From: Candidatus Geocrenenecus sp. JGI 0000106-J15
GTDB taxonomy: Archaea > Thermoproteota > Nitrososphaeria_A > Caldarchaeales > Wolframiiraptoraceae
DNA: 64,000 nt
NCBI GenBank assembly: GCA_000405685.1
Contig: ASPF01000013.1
Span: 11,055 to 75,054, forward strand
Direction of reading: 5' to 3'
Shown: in pieces, positions 57,704 to 64,000 of the stretch
Layout of the letters: each line of letters opens with the position of its first letter
Numbering within the stretch: the stretch's first letter is position 1
Program-made: the position numbers and the translations under genes
Notes under the pieces: model-generated
Seen by the model: only the letters and a program-made list of their open reading frames with translations
What the model was told of the DNA's origin: nothing
The model's database searches: none

Positions 57704-58230
57704 ACTTTCTAGCAATTAAAGTACGTGTGTTCTTAAAAAAAGTATAGGTGTCCTAAATCTCATGTAGAAGTCTGGATTATGTTGACACCGTAATATCTAT
57801 CATGGCATCAATAAGCTCTAGGGAAATTTGTAGTCTTTATAGTAAGACTCCGGAGACAGGCAATGCGTAGTTAGCAAGCTCAACCAGCTAGTGGTCCCCA
57901 CAGCTGTTAGACTTAACATGTTAAGATTGCAGGTGAAGCAGAATCTTCAGGTTACCTACGGGAAATTATAAAGCGTTATTCAAGATTTAAAATGATGAAG
58001 AACTTCTCTATCAAGTAGTGAAGAGCAGCTGAGAAAATAGTAGACGAATTCATTGAATTGGATAAAAAGTATAGACTCAGACGATGTATAGTTACTAGTG
58101 ATGTTGAGGGTGGAAGAGGATAGCTGATATCCCTGAATTACTAGTCCTAATAAAATCTTAGTAGTTTTCTAGGAGCTCTATATTTCCGTTGGTGATGATG
58201 TTGTTATCCATGATTGGATAGCAATTTAGG

Positions 58231-59835
58231 TTAGCTAATGCTGTAGGCTTCGGTGAAAGTGTTTGAGAATATTTTATTGGCTCTGTTTGAAATGTTTTTG
58301 ATCCATCCTTGCTTGAGTTCTACACCGTATGGTCCTAGCACGTACCCATTCTTCTCCATAATCTTATATGTTGCTATGAGGCTTTCTTCAGCGGGTTTTC
58401 CTCCATTAAGTATCTTGAATCCTCCACCTTCATCTACCTTTATCTTAAAGTATCCTTCTAGTAGATATTTTACTTTCATGTCTCCGCAAACCTTAAGATC
58501 ATCAATGACTTTTCTTGAGAGCCAGCTAGCAAACTCGTATTCTGCTGTATTATAGTTCCATTGGTATCCTAGATGGTTTTCTTGGAGTATTATTGAAGAG
58601 TAATGCTGGTAAACCATTGTTAATGAGATTGGAAGCAGTATAATGGCTAGAGACAGTACACCCAAATACTTTCTTTTGAAGAAGTTCATTACTCTAACTA
58701 GTCCAATGGATGCTAGTATAGAGGCTGGTGGAAGTATATGGTTTGCAAGCCTGTAGAAGAGTGTTAGAGACATGCTTGGCTGAGCACCAAACATAGAATA
58801 TGCTTCAAGAGATAACGTTGCTGAGAGCCAACCGAATACAAAATATATGTTGGCTATTCCAGCTTGCTGCCTAGAAGTGTGGAATCCAATGATAATGAAG
58901 AAGCCGAGCATAAGTAGTATCAAGATCTGTATTAGTAGATTCACTGGTATCTTTGGAGAGCCTGGCATCACTGGGATAAGCTGATTCGCAAAGAGACAAA
59001 TATATGAAGTTGCTAAGACCATGAACAAGCTTATAGGCGGTCTATTAGCCTTAGACCCAGCCAATAGATAATATGAGATCAGAAGAGAGAATGCTTGGAA
59101 TGAAATAAGAGATAGCATGTCCGATAAGGTTAAAGAATACCGAACACCTCTTAAAGCATATAGAGAATAGTAGGTCGCCCCTAGGATTAATAGTGTAACC
59201 AGAGCTACTATCAATCTTGTGAGGTTATCGTCATCGACCCGTCTTAGCAGAAGTCTCAAGACAAGTATATATGAGAAGATTATTAGTAGGAGGAAGTATT
59301 GGAGGTGATGACTCATAACGATAGCCATCCCGATAATGGATAAGAGAATGCTTCTCGTCACGGTGTTGCCGGCTATGAAGACTAGATATAGGAGAGTGAA
59401 GAAGACTAGCAGGGTAAATGTTTCTTTTGTTACCCCAGATGTAAATATAGCTTGGTAGCCTCCTAAAGCTAACAGTAGAGATGAGATGATGGCCGTGGCT
59501 CTATTGCCTATATTCTTCTTAACTATGATGTAGAGTATGACTGGTGTAAGCGAGGCGATAGCTGGGAAGAGTATACGTTCTACATCTAAGACTCTAGCAT
59601 TAAGTACTATTGATGAGATGGCTCCGAAGACTTGACTTGCAGGCCAGTAATTATTGTAACCGTCAAAGACATTTTCTTCTAAGTTAATCGGTGTATATCT
59701 TAGTAGATTCTCAGTGTTCAGTATAAGAGGCCATGAATCTGTAGAGAGTGGCAGCCCGGTCAGGAACGTTGGGTATAAACGTATAGAGAATGATAGTATG
59801 ATAATTATCGTGAATAGTATGGAAAACCTATCCAT
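58231..59835 (-). CDS. Polytopic membrane protein with a C-terminal soluble domain (GT-C / PMT_2-like glycosyltransferase, tentative)
   Basis: About 12-13 TM segments, a first extracytoplasmic loop containing an STDSWP acidic motif, and a ~110-aa soluble C-terminus. No WWDYG motif is present, so it is not a clear AglB. Confidence 0.4.
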   Translation of the reverse strand: MDRFSILFTIIIILSFSIRLYPTFLTGLPLSTDSWPLILNTENLLRYTPINLEENVFDGYNNYWPASQVFGAISSIVLNARVLDVERILFPAIASLTPVILYIIVKKNIGNRATAIISSLLLALGGYQAIFTSGVTKETFTLLVFFTLLYLVFIAGNTVTRSILLSIIGMAIVMSHHLQYFLLLIIFSYILVLRLLLRRVDDDNLTRLIVALVTLLILGATYYSLYALRGVRYSLTLSDMLSLISFQAFSLLISYYLLAGSKANRPPISLFMVLATSYICLFANQLIPVMPGSPKIPVNLLIQILILLMLGFFIIIGFHTSRQQAGIANIYFVFGWLSATLSLEAYSMFGAQPSMSLTLFYRLANHILPPASILASIGLVRVMNFFKRKYLGVLSLAIILLPISLTMVYQHYSSIILQENHLGYQWNYNTAEYEFASWLSRKVIDDLKVCGDMKVKYLLEGYFKIKVDEGGGFKILNGGKPAEESLIATYKIMEKNGYVLGPYGVELKQGWIKNISNRANKIFSNTFTEAYSIS

Positions 59836-59845
59836 ACCTGTAGCT

Positions 59846-61030
59846 TCACGTTTCTACTGAGTCTATAGCAGTTTTCGTAGCTATCAAGCTGGGTATACAT
59901 GTTAATCCAGCTGAGGCCAGTAGTATCAAGACATCGATTATAGGCTTAATAGTATATGTACCGATGATGAGTAGATTGCTCTCAGAGTAGAACTTAGACA
60001 TTAGATATCCAATCGTTGAGCCAGCTAAGCCGGCTAGAAGAGAGGAGACCAATACTACTATTAGAAACGTAGAGTTTATCCTCTTGGACCCACCTATGCT
60101 TTTAATAATAGAGATCTCTCTAGCATGATCTTGTATGAAAACCGTTGATGCAAGGATTATCGTAGATATTGAGCCGGCGAAGACAAGTATCGCTATACTC
60201 CAGAAGGATGCCTCATTTAATTTAAACTCTCTTGCCATGAATTCTTGCATAGATTCACTTGCACCCCTCACAACATATCTTGATGGTAAAGCTTCTTGGC
60301 TTACTGAAAATAGTAGACTTATGATCCTGCTTGCTTCTGAGGCTGCCTTCTCTCCAGTCCCGCCCCAACCAACAGCTTCTGATAGCTTCTCTCGAGATAG
60401 AAGCTTCTCATCCATCTTAACTCTCATCATCGACACTGAATTGGGGGGTAAGCCTCTCAACCACTGTGCAGCTTGTACCAGTATGAGTATCTCGTCATCA
60501 AGCGATGTCTTAGATTCATATACTCCAACTATCTCCACCTCGATGAAGTTTCTTGTAAGGATTGAGCGGAGAAGCACTCTATCACCAGTCTTTAAGCCAA
60601 ATCTCTTAGAAGCTTCTAAACCTACGACCGCCTCAAAGTATCTCTCACCGCTTATGAATACACCGTCCAGCATTTTAAGGTCTAAAAAGTATTCTAGAGA
60701 ACCTGGATCTACTCCTCTCACAACAATCGGTGCATCATTTAATAACACCGAAACTGAGACCGTTTCTGGACTTATAGCTTCTATGCCTTCCATAGACATA
60801 AGCTCACTGTATATTGCTAGAGAGATGACGCTGGTTTGAGGGGACATGGCATCAGCCCCATAGATTATCATAACGTCTCCAACATCTGTTGTCAGCAGGT
60901 TTGACATCGTAGAGAATACTCCTAACGAGATGCATGCTGTAAAGGCTACGATGGCTGATGCAACTGATACTGTCAAGAGAATCAGGGTAAGCTTCTTCCA
61001 TTTTATAATCTTGAGTAGAGTCGTTGACAT
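59846..61030 (-). CDS. ABC transporter permease, FtsX/MacB-like
   Basis: N-terminal TM helix, a large extracytoplasmic domain, and a C-terminal 3-TM FtsX-type bundle. Confidence 0.7.
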   Translation of the reverse strand: MSTTLLKIIKWKKLTLILLTVSVASAIVAFTACISLGVFSTMSNLLTTDVGDVMIIYGADAMSPQTSVISLAIYSELMSMEGIEAISPETVSVSVLLNDAPIVVRGVDPGSLEYFLDLKMLDGVFISGERYFEAVVGLEASKRFGLKTGDRVLLRSILTRNFIEVEIVGVYESKTSLDDEILILVQAAQWLRGLPPNSVSMMRVKMDEKLLSREKLSEAVGWGGTGEKAASEASRIISLLFSVSQEALPSRYVVRGASESMQEFMAREFKLNEASFWSIAILVFAGSISTIILASTVFIQDHAREISIIKSIGGSKRINSTFLIVVLVSSLLAGLAGSTIGYLMSKFYSESNLLIIGTYTIKPIIDVLILLASAGLTCIPSLIATKTAIDSVET

Positions 61031-61033
61031 ATC

Positions 61034-62131
61034 TTAGAGCTTCATCCTAGTTAGTTTAATTATCGGAGGTATAGAGCCTGTTATAGACATCATGCCTGCA
61101 GCCGCTGAGATCCAGGAGAGATCATTTAGTGTTAGGGTTGGTGGCTGGTAAGCTTCTACTGATAGTATCAGTGAGAGTGCTCTGAAGATAACTTGAGATG
61201 AGACTACCCCAATAGATATACCGATAAGAATACTCATCAGAGATACTATCGAAGCTTTGTAAAATAGGAATAACGCTGCTTTCCTCTTCGAGAATCCGAT
61301 TCTTCTGAGGGCCAAGACCCTATCTAATGAGTCTATACACATCTTTAAGCTAGTAAAGTATGAGCTGATGAAGACTGTTACACTTATAGCTAAAGCCCAG
61401 CTCCTAATAGTATTAAACGTTGATTCTACAATATTTTCAATTGCTTGGGAGGCAGGCTGTAGAGGCATAACTCTCAAGTTTAAGGATGCTAATTCCTCAT
61501 CACCTAGTTTTCCAATAAATTCCAGTAAAGTAACCTTTCCATCAACATCAGGAGATAGCCTCCAAGCATCTTCAAGCTGTACTAGAACTTCTTCATCATA
61601 TGGGCAGCTGCATCTCAATATTCCAGCCACTTTGAGAGTATGCCTCCCATCTCCCAGCTCAATTTCAATATAATCATTAAGAGAGAGATTAAGTCTACTG
61701 GCTAACAATATCCCTACATTGCCTTCAGACATATTCTTAGGCATGGAGCCAGTGAGACTGACATGTCTAAACTTGTATAAGTGGTTTAAGGATGCTCCTC
61801 TCAAAACTGTCTCGACATCTTCAGCATTACTGCCTACCTTACAGTATCTTATCAACTGTGGAGAGAAGTCTACGTTCCTATGCTTCAGAATATCTTCAAG
61901 AAGTTTGTATTCAATTATACTATCACTTAGAGAGTTTGCAGAAGAATTTATAACTAGGTAGTGGTGGTAATCTTGTGCAGGCATTATTCTCGTTAAATGC
62001 TCGATATATGCATTCCCGATAGCTAGAGGGATAACTACTACTGCAATTAGTGAACCTATCGTCAAGATGTATGATAATAGACGCTTAGGCTCACCTATCA
62101 GGTTCTTGAACGCTAAATGTAGAATCATCAT
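61034..62131 (-). CDS. ABC transporter permease, FtsX/MacB-like (second copy)
   Basis: Same architecture as its neighbour, separated from it by 3 nt. Confidence 0.7.
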   Translation of the reverse strand: MMILHLAFKNLIGEPKRLLSYILTIGSLIAVVVIPLAIGNAYIEHLTRIMPAQDYHHYLVINSSANSLSDSIIEYKLLEDILKHRNVDFSPQLIRYCKVGSNAEDVETVLRGASLNHLYKFRHVSLTGSMPKNMSEGNVGILLASRLNLSLNDYIEIELGDGRHTLKVAGILRCSCPYDEEVLVQLEDAWRLSPDVDGKVTLLEFIGKLGDEELASLNLRVMPLQPASQAIENIVESTFNTIRSWALAISVTVFISSYFTSLKMCIDSLDRVLALRRIGFSKRKAALFLFYKASIVSLMSILIGISIGVVSSQVIFRALSLILSVEAYQPPTLTLNDLSWISAAAGMMSITGSIPPIIKLTRMKL

Positions 62132-62174
62132 CTAAAACTTAATATCTCCAGATGGGCGGATATAGAGATGGTAT

Positions 62175-62849
62175 ATGAGCAACGCTATAGAACTCATAAA
62201 TGTATGGAAGAATTACGCTAATAACTTACCAGTCCTTAAAGGTGTCAGCTTATCAGTTCCAGTCGGAGCGTTCATCTCTATAAGAGGAAGATCTGGCGCT
62301 GGTAAAACCACTCTCTTAAGGTTAATCGGGCTGCTTGACCGGCCGTCAAATGGAGAGATAATCCTCCTCGGAACAGAAACTTCTAAAATTAGTGATGGGG
62401 AAGCTTCAAAGATAAGGCTTAAACACATAGGCTTCATCTTTCAATCATTCAACCTGATCCCGTCTCTAACAGTTTTAGAAAATATTGAACTACCTATGGC
62501 CCTTCTTGGAGTAAAGAAGGAAGCTAGACGTAAGAGGTCTATCGAGCTGTTGGAGAGATTCCACATGGAGATGCTTGCTAATAGATTCCCTACGGAATTA
62601 AGCGGGGGAGAACAGCAGAGGATAGCGATTCTAAGAGCTACAGTGAATAATCCTGATATAATCCTAGCAGATGAGCCTACATCTAATCTCGACGAAGAGA
62701 ATAGTCGGCTAGTATATGAATTACTAAGCGAGATTAATCGTGAAAGCCTAGCCGCAATTATTGTGACAGAAGTAAGTCTGGAGGAGAAGCTCCCGACCAG
62801 CGAAGATTACTTACTAAAGGATGGAATTCTATATAAGCTGAATATATAA
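62175..62849 (+). CDS. ABC transporter ATP-binding protein (MacB/LolD type)
   Basis: Walker A GRSGAGKTTLL, Q-loop, signature LSGGEQQRIAILRA, Walker B ILADEPTSNLD. Confidence 0.9.
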   Translation: MSNAIELINVWKNYANNLPVLKGVSLSVPVGAFISIRGRSGAGKTTLLRLIGLLDRPSNGEIILLGTETSKISDGEASKIRLKHIGFIFQSFNLIPSLTVLENIELPMALLGVKKEARRKRSIELLERFHMEMLANRFPTELSGGEQQRIAILRATVNNPDIILADEPTSNLDEENSRLVYELLSEINRESLAAIIVTEVSLEEKLPTSEDYLLKDGILYKLNI

Positions 62850-62879
62850 GCAGTATTTCCAACGTCTAGATTCTCCCCT

Positions 62880-63986
62880 CTAGACAGGCACGGTTTGTTC
62901 ATGAATCCTTCTGGAGGATTCCCCATAAAATATCACTTTTGAGCCCGCCTTCTGCAAAGCATCTAACAACTTGTAATGTGATGAGTACATTATATATGCC
63001 TCCTCCAAGTTATCCAAGTCAGCCCAAGGCTTTCCAGATGTCAGCACCACCAGCTCACCATTATTAATTTTAACCATCCTAGACAATTCTAGAACAAATT
63101 CCGAGTCCAAGATTACGTTTCCAACATAGTATATCATAGCTTCCCTAATCGTCAGCTTTGAGATAACTTCATCAATAGACTCTACCTTAAGCTGGAGAGC
63201 TTCTAGGAGGCCGGAGGCTTCCACTTCTCTAATTATTGAGAGGACTTGGCTAGCTGTCTTAGGCTCAAGAATCTCGTATACATCCCAGCTCTCAGTTATG
63301 TAGTTTTTCATCGAGTAGGAGACGGCTATCTTGAGAGCGATATCTGGGTCGATGGAACGGTATTCTGAGATCAGAGTCAAACCATTCTTCAATATTAAGG
63401 TTATAGGTAGACCGAGCCTAACAGCTGAGATTATCGATGAGAGGAATAACGCATTAACTTCATCACTCGTGATAGGGCCAATGGCTCTCGTATCGAAGAC
63501 CAATCCAACAGCTTTATAGGCTTCTTGAGAGAAGTCTTTTACAATGAGTTTCTCAAGCCTAGCAGAAGCTTTCCAATCGATTGAAGTAAATGGATCGCCT
63601 ATCTGATGCTCTCTACTCCAGAGATACTCTGTCCCCCGACCCTTCTTAGCGCCAGCCGCCTCCCCACCGTAGCCTGTTTGACCAATCATCTTTAATGCCT
63701 CTATGATGAATGGTAGAGTTCTTGGATAAGCAAGGACTTCTAGGCCGAGTGGTATCTTAAAATCTTCATGGAGTACCCTCAGAGGATCTGTAAAGGTAGT
63801 AGTCAAGAAATCGAGTTTATAGATCTTGCCTATTCTTGGCGAGAACGTTAACTTAACTTCGTTAACACCTTTCTTCAAGGTATCTGTTGATGCTTTCACC
63901 CAGTCTGGAAGGTTAACCAGCTTCAACTCGACAGGCGTATATATGATCAAGTCTACATTCTTCTCTTCGCCAGCCATCATCCTCAA
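62880..63986 (-). CDS. DUF58 domain protein (vWA-like; usual partner of a MoxR ATPase)
   Basis: YLWSREHQIGDPFTSIDWKASARLEKLIVKDF is the DUF58 signature region. Confidence 0.7.
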   Translation of the reverse strand: MRMMAGEEKNVDLIIYTPVELKLVNLPDWVKASTDTLKKGVNEVKLTFSPRIGKIYKLDFLTTTFTDPLRVLHEDFKIPLGLEVLAYPRTLPFIIEALKMIGQTGYGGEAAGAKKGRGTEYLWSREHQIGDPFTSIDWKASARLEKLIVKDFSQEAYKAVGLVFDTRAIGPITSDEVNALFLSSIISAVRLGLPITLILKNGLTLISEYRSIDPDIALKIAVSYSMKNYITESWDVYEILEPKTASQVLSIIREVEASGLLEALQLKVESIDEVISKLTIREAMIYYVGNVILDSEFVLELSRMVKINNGELVVLTSGKPWADLDNLEEAYIMYSSHYKLLDALQKAGSKVIFYGESSRRIHEQTVPV

Positions 63987-64000
63987 CCTTACATTCCTAG

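Noticed and set aside
57991-58040. C/D-box sRNA candidates: ATGATGA...CTGA at 57991-58040, and ATGATGA at 44517
   Set aside because: The box spacing is wrong: only ~30 nt lie between the C and D boxes, with no credible D'/C' pair in the first case and no D box in the second. There is no terminal stem. The first candidate also lies in decayed DNA.
60135-60839. A 234-aa ORF antisense to the FtsX-type permease gene, plus similar antisense ORFs at 61368-61673, 61719-61961 and 62213-62437
   Set aside because: These are shadow ORFs within well-supported genes. Their translations are Ser/Thr/Leu-rich and carry no motifs.
1-64000. CRISPR arrays, rRNA genes, or long (>30 nt) direct or inverted repeats
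   Set aside because: Reading through all intergenic regions showed no regularly spaced repeats and no rRNA-like GC-rich blocks. Only short repeats (11-14 nt) were seen, and these are reported separately.

Overview
This is an AT-rich archaeal chromosomal segment. The four tRNA genes have GC-rich stems against the AT-rich background, which suggests a thermophile. About 80 features are listed. Core information-processing genes include a CdrS-like RHH gene overlapping ftsZ, metG, a herA-nurA operon, and a priS-gins-PolD(DP2) cluster. Others are Sec61beta, Alba, L44e, an S27e-eIF2alpha-Nop10 operon, pheS, Bud32 and an ITPase. Housekeeping metabolism and transport genes include thiolase, an ALDH/P5CDH-like enzyme, an aminotransferase, an M20 peptidase, GGPP synthase, nitroreductases, and MFS, CDF and ABC transporters. 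FtsZ, PolD and a tRNA intron at a non-canonical position occur together, so this is neither a classical Sulfolobus-type crenarchaeon nor an obvious euryarchaeon; I cannot assign the lineage from sequence alone.

Five observations stand out:
1. The PolD large subunit is present only as its C-terminal ~600 aa (second DPBB, catalytic loop and Zn fingers). The frame is closed immediately upstream, and there is no room for the N-terminal half.
2. tRNA-Lys(UUU) carries a 25-nt intron at position 30/31 with a textbook hBHBh' motif.
3. Three accessory or decaying patches are present. One is an integrase remnant with tRNAs and a HEPN-MNT pair at 29.3-32.5 kb. One is a gene graveyard at 47.3-50.4 kb, holding a disrupted Zn-ribbon radical-SAM gene, an ALDH fragment, an internally deleted LivH/M-type permease and an IS fragment. 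One is a truncated DUF763 gene next to a cassette of small overlapping ORFs at 56.1-58.2 kb.
4. Three HEPN-MNT modules lie within 9 kb, two of them bracketing a thiamine-related gene pair.
5. Single-nucleotide frameshifts recur in otherwise well-conserved genes (metG, nurA, HEPN, MNT, radical SAM), four of them at clear homopolymer runs. These may be sequencing or assembly artefacts, so pseudogene calls based only on them should be treated cautiously.

No CRISPR array, rRNA or convincing C/D-box sRNA was seen. I found no clearly novel multi-gene system; the split DP2 is the strongest candidate for new biology.
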